Positions 40,503-51,040 of a stretch of DNA of 64,000 nucleotides are shown piece by piece (position 1 is the stretch's first letter; each line of letters begins with the position of its first letter). The stretch spans positions 2,848,001 through 2,912,000 of the forward strand of contig CBDCTZ010000016.1 in the NCBI GenBank assembly GCA_965222375.1, given 5' to 3'. A program made the position numbers and the translations under genes. This DNA comes from Polyangiaceae bacterium. GTDB taxonomy: Bacteria; Myxococcota_A; Polyangia; Polyangiales; Polyangiaceae. Below the pieces are notes generated by a model, which saw only the letters and a program-made list of their open reading frames with translations, made no database searches and was not told where the DNA came from.

Positions 40503-41285
40503 ATGCGCAGTGTGATCGGTTTCCTGGTGTTGCTTGGTGTGGGCGCAGTGCTCGGCACAGGCTGCGGTTCAGAGGATGACGACGACGGGAGCGGTGGCAG
40601 CGGAGGACGTCCCGAGCAAACCGGAGCGGCCTGCGAAGCGCCGTCAGACTGCTACAGCGACGTAGAGGACAAGTCCACGCTGCAGGGCGATGTGCGCTGT
40701 CTGGACAAGATCCGAGACGGATATTGCACCCACGTTTGCACTGCGGACACGGACTGCTGCGCCGCCGATGGTGAATGCAAAACAGGAATCAAGCAGGTCT
40801 GCTCGCCCTTCTCGTCGGACCCCGACATGATGTGCTTCTTGAGTTGTGAACCGGGGGATCTCGTGCCCGCAAGCGGCGGCAGCGGCAAAGTGGACGAGGA
40901 AGAGTACTGCCAACGCGAGGCGGGATCGGAGTTCATTTGCCGCTCTAGCGGCGGTGGAAGCAAGAACCGAAAGATCTGTGTCCCGGGTGATTGCGGTGCT
41001 GGCGCTGATTGCGCCACGGACGCCGATTGCGCCACGGACCTCACCTGCTTCACTGGCTTTGCGGGCGGCTATTGCGCCAAGAAAGGCTGCAGCGATAACG
41101 CTGGCTGCCCACAAGGCACGGTGTGCGTGAAGGGAGATCCGGACAACTACTGCGCCAGGCAATGCTCAGGAGAGACCGACTGCAGCTTCTGTCGCGTTCG
41201 CGAGCACTGGGCTAGCTGTGGCGATCAGGTGACTTTCGTAGAGACGGGCACGTCCGGCACGGTGTGCATTCCTCCGAAGAAGTGA
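40503..41285 (+). CDS. Cys-rich lipoprotein
   Basis: GGAGG RBS, GTGC lipobox, GYC..C..D.DC repeats. Confidence 0.85.
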   Translation: MRSVIGFLVLLGVGAVLGTGCGSEDDDDGSGGSGGRPEQTGAACEAPSDCYSDVEDKSTLQGDVRCLDKIRDGYCTHVCTADTDCCAADGECKTGIKQVCSPFSSDPDMMCFLSCEPGDLVPASGGSGKVDEEEYCQREAGSEFICRSSGGGSKNRKICVPGDCGAGADCATDADCATDLTCFTGFAGGYCAKKGCSDNAGCPQGTVCVKGDPDNYCARQCSGETDCSFCRVREHWASCGDQVTFVETGTSGTVCIPPKK

Positions 41286-41306
41286 TCCACCGCGGAACGC
41301 GGCTCT

Positions 41307-41774
41307 TCAGTCAGGAGGCTCCGCTGCCGCTTGCGTACTCACTTGTCTGACCTTGTGTGGATGGCAGAGCACGACTGTTGCGCCAACGACGATGAGACCG
41401 CCTATTGAAACAACGGCCCAAGACGCGAGCGAGGATGCCAGGGCGACGTATGCGAAACTCGCGCCCATCATCGACACTGCCAAGAGCTTCGCGCGAATCG
41501 GGATGACGCGATGTTGTCGCCAGTGTTGGAGAGGTGGTCCAAACCATTTGTGGTGCAGCAGCCAATCATGTAGGCGATCCGAGCCACGGGCGAAACAGGC
41601 TAGCGCGAGCAACATCGGCCCGGTTGTCGGAAGGCCAGGCACCACTACTCCAATGACCCCGATTCCAAACAGGATCCATCCCAAGGCGAGCCAGGTCAGT
41701 TTCACCAAGCGCCCACGCTGGCGTTTGCCAGGAGGTTCAGGAGGTTCGACGCTGGGCTCGACGCTTGCGCTCAC
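41307..41774 (-). CDS. YbaN/DUF454 membrane protein
   Basis: GVVVPGLPTT, FARGS.RLH.WL, FGP. Confidence 0.88.
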   Translation of the reverse strand: MSASVEPSVEPPEPPGKRQRGRLVKLTWLALGWILFGIGVIGVVVPGLPTTGPMLLALACFARGSDRLHDWLLHHKWFGPPLQHWRQHRVIPIRAKLLAVSMMGASFAYVALASSLASWAVVSIGGLIVVGATVVLCHPHKVRQVSTQAAAEPPD

Positions 41775-44755
41775 GGTTCCAACCTAGCACCCGAAGGCGG
41801 CGCGATCCGCGCGCGTGTGTCCTGCCCCGTCTGCCGCTGTTCTTGCGCGGTGAAGTCAGCTCCTCGCTTCTGGAGCAGGGGTATGATCGGGCGGAAGCCA
41901 TCCGTCAGGGGCAATGTGTCGGAGATGCGAAGCACCTGCGGGACGGCGTGAGGCGGCAAGTGCTCCGCGAGGTGGCGGCCGAGGGCTTCGAAAGAGAGTG
42001 GTGGTCCTTCGAAGACGATGCTTGCGGCGATGGGTTCTGGCCCTGAATCCGTGGGCAGGGCGTAGACGGCTGCCATCGCAGTTTCAGGTAGCAGGTACAA
42101 GACGTCCTCGACCTCTCGGGGATACACGGGGCCACTGGCAGTGCGGATCACGTCGCTTGCGCGCCCGACGAACCAGTAGTCGCCGTCGTCATCTTGCCGC
42201 AGCATGTCCCCGGTTACGAACCAGGCGTCTCCGGGCTCGACCACGCTGCTGAGCACGCGTTGTCGGGCTGGCGACAGCTGGTCTGCCTCCACGCGCGCCA
42301 ACAACAGGCCCGGCTCACCAACGCTTGCGAGTCGGGCGCCGCCGGTGTTGGTGCGCGCGAAGTCCTCACGCTCAAAGTCCCACTCCAAGAGCAGTGGCTG
42401 AGAGCTCCCGGGCAAGGGCCGGCCTAGGGCGCCGAGCTTCTTTCCAGAAGCGTTCGCCAACACTAGCGGGCACTCCGTGGACGCGTACATCTCGAGCACA
42501 CCCACTCCGAAACGCGCCTGCACGCGCTCCTGGTGCGCCTTGCGCATGGCGCTGCCCGCCATCAGTCGCAAGGGGCAATTCCGCTCGTCGTCCGATTGGG
42601 GCGCCTCCAACAGCTCCCGCATCATCTCGCCAGCGTAGAAGGTCACCGTCGCGCCGTAGCCACGCACCTCGCGCCAGAATGTCGCGGGGTCGAAGTGGGT
42701 CGCCAATGCGAGGCGCGTTCCCGATACCAGAGCGCTGCCGACGGAAACCAACAAGCCGGATGGGTGGTGTAGAGGCAGACAGGAATACACCGTATCGTTG
42801 TCGGTCAATGTGGCGGCGGCCGCTGCACCCCAGGCAGATATGGCCCAGCGCCGGTTCGTGATCCGCGCGGCGCGAGGTGGCAAGCCATGCCCAGCGGTCA
42901 CGAAAAGGAGCGCCAGATCTTCCGCGCGCCCGCTGTCCACAGAAAGTGTCGCCGGAAGCTCGACGCTTTCCGGATCGACCTTTTCCAGGTCATGGGTGCC
43001 CGTGGGGAGCGACCGGTTCGGTCCGCCGCCGCCGAGCACCCAGATCTGCTCCTCACTGTTTTCCCGCGCACGAGCCGCGGTATCTGGATCTGCAATGATG
43101 CGGGTGGCCTCAGCCACGTCGAAAGCGGCGCGCAGATCTGAATCCGAAAGCTCTGGGCTCACCAAGGCGGCCACGGCCCCAAGCCGGTTGAGGGCCGTCA
43201 CGACCGACAAGAAACTGGGGCGCGGCCCCATCACCACTGCTACGCGATGACCTCGGCGCACGCCGGCGTGGAACAAGCCACGGACCACTGCGTCTACTCG
43301 TCGGTTCGCGTCGGCGTAGGAGAACGCACGACCCTTCCACAAGAAGAACGTCTGTTCGCCGATGCGCTCTGCCTGTTTCGCCAAGCTGCGCGCGCAACTG
43401 ACCCGTGTCCCGTCCTCCAACCGCTGCAAGCGCAAGAGGCGAGGCAGCTGATAGCGCAACGCGTCGGCGGAGTGGGCGAAGTCCTCGAACCGGTTGCCTA
43501 GGTTGTTCCACAGCTGCTCCGCCGTGCCTCGAAGAGCATCTGTGAACAGTTCGACCTCCAGGGGCTCATCGAAGGCTGCGTCCTCGATCTCCACATCTTC
43601 CTGCGGCTCCTGGGAGGGCTCGTCGATGCTGAGCAAGCGCGGGCGGCCACCCGCGCCCTCCTGCCACTTCAACCATTCGACGACCGTGGGCCAAGAGTCC
43701 CGCAGCGAAGTCGAGCCAATCACCAGCCCAAAGTGGCCGGCGGGTACGAAAGCCTCGAAGACCTCGGCGTTGCGCACTGCTTTCTTGACTGCCCTTACGG
43801 CAGGTGGGCGAGCGATCTCGTCTCGGGTGCCAACGAAACACAAAACCGGGCAGCGAATGTCGGACAAGGCCACGGTACGGCCATCAATCACGAAGCCGCC
43901 GCTCATCATGCGGTTGTGTACGATGAACTCGTCGATGAACTTGAGCAGTGCCGGCCCGGGCCAGGACACGAAACCTTCACCGTTGAGGAAGCGTCGGCGC
44001 GTTTCGCGTTTCGCTAAAGCGTTGCGGTCGTGAAGGTTTTTCACGAAGCCTACGAGCTGCTCGAGCTCCTTCTTCGGTGAAAGCAGTTTGAACCCGGTGC
44101 TGGTCAGGATCGCCGGCAGGCCCTCGATACGTCTGAGCGGAGGTTCAACGACATGCCGCAGGCCGCGGATCAGCCGCGCGGTGATGTTGGTGCTGACCCG
44201 CGGCAAGGTCTTGTGAATGTCCACAGGGCTGCCGAAGGTCAGAATGGAGGCTAGACCGTCAGAGCCCAGAAAGGCCGCAGCCTGATACGCGAACATGCCT
44301 CCTTGGGAATAGCCTGCGAGGTGAACCGCGCGGCCAGTAGCGTCTCGAACGCGGCCAACGGCATCGACGACTGCGCGCACGTGATCATCCAAGGTGCGCG
44401 TCATGCCCTCCTCTTCACGCTCCGGCGCACCAAAGTCGACGACCCAGGGGTCGATCCCTTGCTTGAGCAGGAAGTCCACGGCCGACAGATCCGGTGCCAG
44501 GTCGTAGATCTCCGCCGTCAGCATGAGCGGAGGGATCAAGAGCAGCGCGGGCCGTTCGGCGTCGGTCTCGAGCTCGGGGCGGTACCTGCGTAGCTGGTAG
44601 GAGGCCTCGCGATGCAACACGTCGAAGGGCACAGCCTCGCGCTCCGTCAGACGCCCCAGGCGCATCAGCTCCAGGGTGTTCTGCACCCCTAGACTGACGC
44701 GCCGCGCGAGGCGCTTGCGCCGTTTCTTCCGTGGCGGCCGCGCTCGTTGCTTCAT
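41771..44755 (-). CDS. PhaC-like alpha/beta hydrolase fused to FATP-type acyl-CoA synthetase (Rv1683-like)
   Basis: LLIPPLM, GYSQGG, GHFGL; C-terminal CLPLHH, MYASTE, WFVTGD. Confidence 0.85.
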   Translation of the reverse strand: MKQRARPPRKKRRKRLARRVSLGVQNTLELMRLGRLTEREAVPFDVLHREASYQLRRYRPELETDAERPALLLIPPLMLTAEIYDLAPDLSAVDFLLKQGIDPWVVDFGAPEREEEGMTRTLDDHVRAVVDAVGRVRDATGRAVHLAGYSQGGMFAYQAAAFLGSDGLASILTFGSPVDIHKTLPRVSTNITARLIRGLRHVVEPPLRRIEGLPAILTSTGFKLLSPKKELEQLVGFVKNLHDRNALAKRETRRRFLNGEGFVSWPGPALLKFIDEFIVHNRMMSGGFVIDGRTVALSDIRCPVLCFVGTRDEIARPPAVRAVKKAVRNAEVFEAFVPAGHFGLVIGSTSLRDSWPTVVEWLKWQEGAGGRPRLLSIDEPSQEPQEDVEIEDAAFDEPLEVELFTDALRGTAEQLWNNLGNRFEDFAHSADALRYQLPRLLRLQRLEDGTRVSCARSLAKQAERIGEQTFFLWKGRAFSYADANRRVDAVVRGLFHAGVRRGHRVAVVMGPRPSFLSVVTALNRLGAVAALVSPELSDSDLRAAFDVAEATRIIADPDTAARARENSEEQIWVLGGGGPNRSLPTGTHDLEKVDPESVELPATLSVDSGRAEDLALLFVTAGHGLPPRAARITNRRWAISAWGAAAAATLTDNDTVYSCLPLHHPSGLLVSVGSALVSGTRLALATHFDPATFWREVRGYGATVTFYAGEMMRELLEAPQSDDERNCPLRLMAGSAMRKAHQERVQARFGVGVLEMYASTECPLVLANASGKKLGALGRPLPGSSQPLLLEWDFEREDFARTNTGGARLASVGEPGLLLARVEADQLSPARQRVLSSVVEPGDAWFVTGDMLRQDDDGDYWFVGRASDVIRTASGPVYPREVEDVLYLLPETAMAAVYALPTDSGPEPIAASIVFEGPPLSFEALGRHLAEHLPPHAVPQVLRISDTLPLTDGFRPIIPLLQKRGADFTAQEQRQTGQDTRARIAPPSGARLEP

Positions 44756-44836
44756 GTTCGCGCCGGCATTTTAGCGCACGAACCACTGCCGGGATACGGT
44801 GGGGCTGCCCTCAGGGCGGGCACAGCCGGATCGCCC

Positions 44837-45631
44837 TCAAGGGTGCGACTGCTCCAGGCTGGGCGAAGCGAAGGTGTCCGGACTGCTCGTCATGCCCACG
44901 TGGGCGCGCACCGCGGGCAGCGCGCGTTCGATGGCGGCCCGGGACTGGCCTCGCAGCCGGGGCAGGTCGTCGAGAGTCTTGCCCTCGGTCGAGATCGGCT
45001 CGAGAACCCGGGCGTGCGCGCGGGCCTTGCCGAACCAGAGGGAACCTTTGGGCCGGCACGTTCGGGAGCCCGCGATCGCCACGGGCAGGATCGGTACGCC
45101 TGCCTCGATGGCGAGGCGAAAGGCGCCGTCTTTGAAGGGCAGTAGCTTGCCGTCGGGGGAGCGCGTCCCCTCTGGGAACATCATGATGGGCATACCGCCT
45201 CGAAGGGTGCGCAGGCACTCCGCCATCATGGCCTCGACGCTCGCCCGTTGCCCTCGCTTCAAGGGGATGTCACCGCCCAAGTGCATCAGCCAGCCAAGCA
45301 ATGGGAGTTTGAAGATCTCCTCCTTGGCCACCCAACGCATGTCCCAGGGCAGGAACGAAAGTAGGAATGGATCCGCCGTGGATTCGTGGTTGGAAATGAC
45401 CACGTAGCCGCGCTTCAAGATATCTGGTGGCGGCACGCCGTCGGTGGAGAACCTCCAAACCGGCGTGAGCCGTGACGAAGTGCGACCGAATCGGCGCATC
45501 CAGCGGCCTTGGATCCGGCGCGTCGGGTCGCCCCGATGCCTCAAGTGTGACACCGCCATGCACGGCAGAAATCCGATCGCGCAGCTGAAGAACTCCGCGT
45601 AGGTGTAGAGGCCGAGAGCCGGATGGGTCAC
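44837..45631 (-). CDS. Lysophospholipid acyltransferase (PlsC family)
   Basis: SNHESTAD, FPEGTRS, FKDGAF. Confidence 0.92.
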   Translation of the reverse strand: MTHPALGLYTYAEFFSCAIGFLPCMAVSHLRHRGDPTRRIQGRWMRRFGRTSSRLTPVWRFSTDGVPPPDILKRGYVVISNHESTADPFLLSFLPWDMRWVAKEEIFKLPLLGWLMHLGGDIPLKRGQRASVEAMMAECLRTLRGGMPIMMFPEGTRSPDGKLLPFKDGAFRLAIEAGVPILPVAIAGSRTCRPKGSLWFGKARAHARVLEPISTEGKTLDDLPRLRGQSRAAIERALPAVRAHVGMTSSPDTFASPSLEQSHP

Positions 45632-45738
45632 GACATCAGCTTGTCCCAGCTTGGGCTACCCGAATTTCATGATTTGGTCACGCCGCAGAGCTGCTCGCGC
45701 CGCCCTTGGAATATTTGTACTTCCGATGGGGCGCTGAC

Positions 45739-46804
45739 CGTGCCCGGGCATTCGGCGCGGGTGGTCGGCAGCTTGCGCCCAACTCGCCCGCGGTGCGGTG
45801 CTTTTTGCGCCGTTGCCCGGGCTTTTCGGCGATCGGCTTGCCTTTCGGGCGGTGCGGCTCAACGACTTCGGTTCTTGGTTCGATCGGCTTTCAGCACGAG
45901 TTTCTTGGCGGCGACCTTCGTCTGCGTGGGCGCGAGTGCGCAAACACAAGCTAGGCAGACGGAGCACCAAGCTCGGGATCTGATCATTGACACGGAGCGG
46001 ATCGTCGAATCCGAAGATCTCACCGGCTGGTTCACCGAGGAGGAGGCGCACCGATCCATGCGCCCCACTATGCTCAAGTCCGTATGTCGGGTGTTGCCTG
46101 AGGCGCGAGAGCGCGCCCTCGAGATCCTGCAGCGGCGAACTGAGGAGCTCGGGGACGCTCGGGAGCTCTTCGACAAGTACGGGGAGATGACTTCGGAGGT
46201 GCGCAAGGCCCGCCGTGCCGAGCGAGAGCGAGATGCCCTGGCTCGTGCACTCGGGGAAGTGGAGGACTGTCCGTTCTGGGTCAAGACCGACCCGTCCTTT
46301 CACGGTCTGCAGACAGACGCCGACCGGTTGAGTTTGAATCTCGAAACCGGTGGCTTGCTCCAGATCCGGCGCACCGCCGGCAGCTGGACCTTTGGTGGCG
46401 GTGGTTACGGAAGGATACTTGGAGGCTACGGCTGGGGAGGGGACTTCACCCTGCTATTGGGACCCGAGTTCGGGGGGGGAGCCATGCTGCGCCCCAACAC
46501 GCAACCGACCGAGCTTGTGATCAACTACTTCCCTGCCATACCTGTGGTGTTTCGGTTTCACGACGTTGCTTGGCACTACGACGCAGAGTTGGCGCCGGTT
46601 GCGTTGTTTCAGGCCGACGACTCGAGCCTCAGCTACGGCGCGCGGATCGGGGGAACCATCGGCGTGAAGGCGCTCAGGATCCGCGGATTCATTCCCTGGG
46701 CTGGGCTGGCCGTCGCCTACGAGCACTACCTACCCAGTGGTGGACGCCCCCGCGCCCACTTTGCCCGTGGCGGGCTGCGCGTGGGCTTCATGTGGGCGCC
46801 CTAG
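45739..46804 (+). CDS. Hypothetical exported protein with C-terminal beta-strand-rich region
   Basis: Long ORF with GC-rich third positions; start uncertain. Confidence 0.65.
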
Positions 46805-47075
46805 GCGGGCGAGAAGAATGCCGCGACGCTTACGCCGCGGTGCATCAAATGACTCCATGATTTGAGTCATGTACGGCGCCGCGCTGCCGCGTTGGGTTAG
46901 CTGTGCGCGTAGTGCCCGTGCCTCGACGAACAACCCCTCGTCATCAGGCATGAAGCTCGGCGGGCGAGGGAGGTGGCGTCTCGTGGCAGAGCTGAAGGTC
47001 GACAAGAAGTTCAGGAGTTGTTGTAGCTGCCTGAGACGGGTGTGGACCGACAACTAGGGCTGACCTGGGGTGACG

Positions 47076-50000
47076 ATGGGTTCGAATTGGCAGCAACAAC
47101 CGACGGATGAGCCGCTGCTTGCGGCGGCGGGACACGAGGCCTGCCTACTCGGCAATGAGGCGATCGTGCGCGGCGCGTTGGAAGCAGGGGTCGTGTTTGC
47201 GACGGGCTACCCGGGCACGCCATCGAGCGAGATCACGGACAGCTTCGCGCGCCTGAGCAAAGACGACGGGTTGCTATTCGAATACGCCGTGAACGAGAAG
47301 ATCGCCTTGGAGCTCGCCTTCGCGGCTTCCTTGGCGGGTGGTCGGTCCATTGCAGCGATGAAACACCTCGGCCTGATGGTTGCCGGGGACCCGCTCTCTA
47401 CCATCCCCTATATCGGCACCGAAGCAGGCATGGTGGTTGTCAGCGCGGGTGACCCTTCCTGTCATACGAGCCCGAATGAGCAGGACCAGCGCCATCTCGG
47501 GCCGATGCTGCATTTGCCGATCCTCGACCCAACTGACCCCACCGATGCTCTCGAGATGACGCGGTTTGGTTTCGAGCTCTCCGAGCGCGCGCGTCTGCCC
47601 GTGCTGCTGCGCACTACGACTCGGGTTGCGCATGGGCGAGCGACCATGAGTCTTGGTCCGCTGCGCGAACGAACCGTCACCGCGTTCCAGCGCCAACCGG
47701 CTCGCTACGTACCGATCCCGAGAAACGCCCGCAGAATGCGGCTCGAGATCGAGGGGCGGATGGAGCGTGCGCTCGAGCTCGTGGAGGGGTCTGCGTTTCT
47801 GCGCCAACACGGCGACGGCCCGGTGGCGGTCGTGGCCCAGGGCGCGCCAGCCGCCATTTGCCGCGAGCTTCTGGAGGAGCCGCCCTTCGCCGGGCAGGTT
47901 TCGCTTTTCAGTGTTGGTGTGGCGCATCCTTTGCCAGAGAAGTTTCTGGCTCGAGCTTTGCGCTCGGCCAGCCGAGTGCTGGTCGTCGAAGAGCTCTCAC
48001 CCTATTTGGAAAACGCGCTGTTCGCTCTGTCGGCGCGCCTCCGCATCAACGTCGAGATCCTCGGCAAGCTCAGTGGCCACTTGCCAATGGCATTCGAATA
48101 CGAGCCGGCGCACGTCGGAGCCGCTCTGCGCGCCGCCTGCGGGCTGCCGGAGCAACCTGCCAAGAAGGTGGTGTCCCTGAATGTCGAGGCCAGGCCACCG
48201 TCGCTGTGCCCTGGTTGCCCGCATCGTGCCAGTTTCGTCGCCGCCCGCGCGGCGTTTGATGAGAGCCAGCTCTACTTCAACGACATCGGCTGCTACACCC
48301 TCGGCTACGCGCCTCCCCACAACGTTGCGGACGCTCTGGTCTGCATGGGGGCCGGGTTCACCTTGGCAGCCGGGGTGGCGCGGGTATCAGGAACGCGCAC
48401 CGTGGGCTTCATGGGCGACTCGACGTTCTTCCATGCGGGAATGCCCGCGCTGCTAGATGCCTTGAAGGAGAACGCCAGCGTCGTTGCGGTCATTTTGGAC
48501 AATCAGGTTACCGCGATGACCGGCTTCCAAGAGAGTGCCGCCCAAGAGATAACCAGCCCAGCCTCGATCGAAGAGGTGGTCCGCGGACTCGGAGCGAAAC
48601 AGGTTCGGGTAGTGGACCCCTACGACTTGGGCGAGACAATCGCGGGATTCCGCGCCGCACGCGAGGAAGAGGGCGTCAGTGTGATCATCGCGCGACGGGC
48701 CTGCCCCGTATACGATGCGCGCCTGTTGGGACGCGCCGCACGTCCCCCGCCCCACGAGGTGGACGCCGACGCGTGCAGGAGCTGCGGACGTTCGAGCCAT
48801 GGCATGCGTTGCGCGCAGACGATGACCGATGGTTTCGAGCGGAATCTGGCGCGCGCTCGCGCGATTCGTGAACGCGAGCACAGCTTCGACGTTGCGCCTT
48901 GTGCTGAACGTTGCCCACTATCCCTGTGCATTCAGGGCTACGCCGGACATGTCGTTGCCGGTGAGCTGCCCGAGGCCTTGGGTCACATCCTAGCCCGCAC
49001 GCCGCTGCCCGAAAGTGTGTGTCGGGTCTGCGACCGCCCTTGTGAGGTCGGTTGCGTTCGCAATGCCATCGACGAAACCGTTGGCATCAACGATCTGAAG
49101 CGGTACGTCGTCGATTGGGCGAGCAGAGAGCGCCCGGAGCTGTTCGCGACGGAATGCGAGGCGCGACACGGAAGCCGTGTCGCGGTCGTGGGGGCCGGCC
49201 CGGCTGGCCTGTCCGCAACTCAAGAGCTGTGCCGCCGCGGCTACCGCGTGACCCTGATCGAAGCGGCGGATCGTGCTGGGGGCTTGCTCTCCCGCGGTAT
49301 CCCGAGCTACCGCCTGCCTCCCGACGCGGTGGCGCGTGATCTGAGCAGGCTGCTCGAACTCGACGTAGAGCTGCGCACGAACACCCGCTTGGGTCTCGAC
49401 GTGACTCTCGACGCACTTCTGAGCGAGGGGCACGACGCCGTGGTCGTCTGCGTCGGTGCAGACCGGGGCAGGTCACTGACCCTTCCTGGCGAAGGGCCGC
49501 GTCGGGCTGTGGCTCTGGAATACCTTCGAGAGCACGCCGACGGGAAAGGGGCCGAGCTGGCCGCTGAAAATGTAGTGGTGATTGGCGGAGGCAACGCGGC
49601 GGTTGACGCCGCCCGAACCGCGCTGCGCAGCGGCGCGAGGAGCGTGCAGCTCGCCTGCCTGGAAGCGCGCGCGGAGATGCCGGCGTTGCCGGATGAAGTC
49701 GTGGCGGCTCAGCGTGAGGGCGTTCGGATCGTCAACGAAGTGCGCCCGTTACGTACCGAAACCGGGCGGGTGATTGTCGAGTCTCTGGCAGAGCCGACCC
49801 GTGAGACGGCTCTTGCTGCGGAGCTGCTGCTGTTCGCGGTGGGTCAAGAACCGGTCCTCGACGCTTTGAGCGTCGACGGTCGGCCCCTTCGCCGCACTGA
49901 AGCTGGCCTGCTTCAGGTCGACCCGGAGACCTTGGCCACGTCGGATCCGCGCATCTTCGCGGCCGGGGATGTGACGGAGGGCCGGCGAATGGTCACGGCG

Positions 50001-50417
50001 GCGATGGGTTATGGGCTCCGCGCCGCGTGGGGAATCGATCGGCAGATCCGCGGCGCGAAGATCGCTGACCGCCGCATGCCGCCTCCCCCTGTCAAGACGG
50101 GGCGACCGGCTGCGCCGCCCACCGGCGGACCTCGCGCCGCACGAAACCACCCGCAGCACATGAGCCCCGCTGAGTCCGCAAAGACCTTCAGTGAAACCGC
50201 CGGCGTGTTGGACGCAGCGGCCGCTTACCGCGAGGCGCATCGCTGCTTGCAGTGTGGACAGTGTGGGAATTGCCGCGCATGCATCGACACCCTCGCGTGC
50301 CCGGCGCTCACCGAGCAGGGCGGCGTGGTGGACATCGAGCCCTCCCTGTGCATCGCGTGCGGTGTTTGTGAGCTGGTGTGCTCCAACCAAGCCATCACGC
50401 CGGGGGGGCCATCATGA
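47076..50417 (+). CDS. iorA: Indolepyruvate oxidoreductase alpha subunit fused to GltD-like FAD/NAD(P) oxidoreductase and ferredoxin
   Basis: LLGNEA, GYPGTPS, NEK, CPGCPHR, GDSTFFH..DN (TPP); then PC..CP, VCRVC..PCE..C.R, GAGPAG, GGGNAA, terminal Cys clusters. Confidence 0.9.
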   Translation: MGSNWQQQPTDEPLLAAAGHEACLLGNEAIVRGALEAGVVFATGYPGTPSSEITDSFARLSKDDGLLFEYAVNEKIALELAFAASLAGGRSIAAMKHLGLMVAGDPLSTIPYIGTEAGMVVVSAGDPSCHTSPNEQDQRHLGPMLHLPILDPTDPTDALEMTRFGFELSERARLPVLLRTTTRVAHGRATMSLGPLRERTVTAFQRQPARYVPIPRNARRMRLEIEGRMERALELVEGSAFLRQHGDGPVAVVAQGAPAAICRELLEEPPFAGQVSLFSVGVAHPLPEKFLARALRSASRVLVVEELSPYLENALFALSARLRINVEILGKLSGHLPMAFEYEPAHVGAALRAACGLPEQPAKKVVSLNVEARPPSLCPGCPHRASFVAARAAFDESQLYFNDIGCYTLGYAPPHNVADALVCMGAGFTLAAGVARVSGTRTVGFMGDSTFFHAGMPALLDALKENASVVAVILDNQVTAMTGFQESAAQEITSPASIEEVVRGLGAKQVRVVDPYDLGETIAGFRAAREEEGVSVIIARRACPVYDARLLGRAARPPPHEVDADACRSCGRSSHGMRCAQTMTDGFERNLARARAIREREHSFDVAPCAERCPLSLCIQGYAGHVVAGELPEALGHILARTPLPESVCRVCDRPCEVGCVRNAIDETVGINDLKRYVVDWASRERPELFATECEARHGSRVAVVGAGPAGLSATQELCRRGYRVTLIEAADRAGGLLSRGIPSYRLPPDAVARDLSRLLELDVELRTNTRLGLDVTLDALLSEGHDAVVVCVGADRGRSLTLPGEGPRRAVALEYLREHADGKGAELAAENVVVIGGGNAAVDAARTALRSGARSVQLACLEARAEMPALPDEVVAAQREGVRIVNEVRPLRTETGRVIVESLAEPTRETALAAELLLFAVGQEPVLDALSVDGRPLRRTEAGLLQVDPETLATSDPRIFAAGDVTEGRRMVTAAMGYGLRAAWGIDRQIRGAKIADRRMPPPPVKTGRPAAPPTGGPRAARNHPQHMSPAESAKTFSETAGVLDAAAAYREAHRCLQCGQCGNCRACIDTLACPALTEQGGVVDIEPSLCIACGVCELVCSNQAITPGGPS

Positions 50418-51040
50418 GCGCGGAGCTGTGCAAGCTCTTGGTGGTTGGTGTTGGTGGGCAGGGGGTGCTCACGGCTTCTCAAATCGTCGGCAATGCAGCC
50501 CACGCCGCGGGGCTGCCGGTCCGGGTGGGGCAGCTGCACGGCATGTCCCAGCGCGGGGGAAGCATCGAGTGCACGGTGCTGTTCGGTCCAGGCCACTCGA
50601 CATTCATCGGCGACGGTGAGGCAGACCTAGTGCTGGCATTCGAGCCCATGGAAGGTCTGCGCGCCCTGCGCCGGATGCACCCGACGACTCGAGTCCTGCT
50701 CAACGTCGACCCCATCGTTCCCTTCGAAATGATCCGCGCTGGCCGCGAGTATCCAGCGGCCGCCGAGGTGATCAGCAACATCGATTCGGTCTGTGGTGAG
50801 GTCATCAGCCTTTCCGGTGCCGAGCTGGTCCGAAAGAGCGGTGCGGACCGCACTCTCAACGCCGTATTGCTGGGCGCGGCCCAGGCTCTTGGTTTCTTTC
50901 CCTTCGACCAGGCTCAACTCGAGGCGGCGGTGATATCGCGATGCGGCGCCAGGTTCGCAGCCTCCAATCTTCAAGCAATGGCGCTTGGCTGCGATCGGGC
51001 GCGCGCCTTGGGCAATCTTCCAAAAGAGGGCCATGCATGA
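50414..51040 (+). CDS. iorB: Indolepyruvate oxidoreductase beta subunit
   Basis: GVGGQG, HGMSQRGGS, FEPME. Confidence 0.93.
   Translation: MSAELCKLLVVGVGGQGVLTASQIVGNAAHAAGLPVRVGQLHGMSQRGGSIECTVLFGPGHSTFIGDGEADLVLAFEPMEGLRALRRMHPTTRVLLNVDPIVPFEMIRAGREYPAAAEVISNIDSVCGEVISLSGAELVRKSGADRTLNAVLLGAAQALGFFPFDQAQLEAAVISRCGARFAASNLQAMALGCDRARALGNLPKEGHA

Noticed and set aside
46730..47053. 107-aa minus-strand ORF upstream of iorA
   Set aside because: Overlaps the neighbouring gene end, no motif or clear RBS; more likely the operon's promoter region
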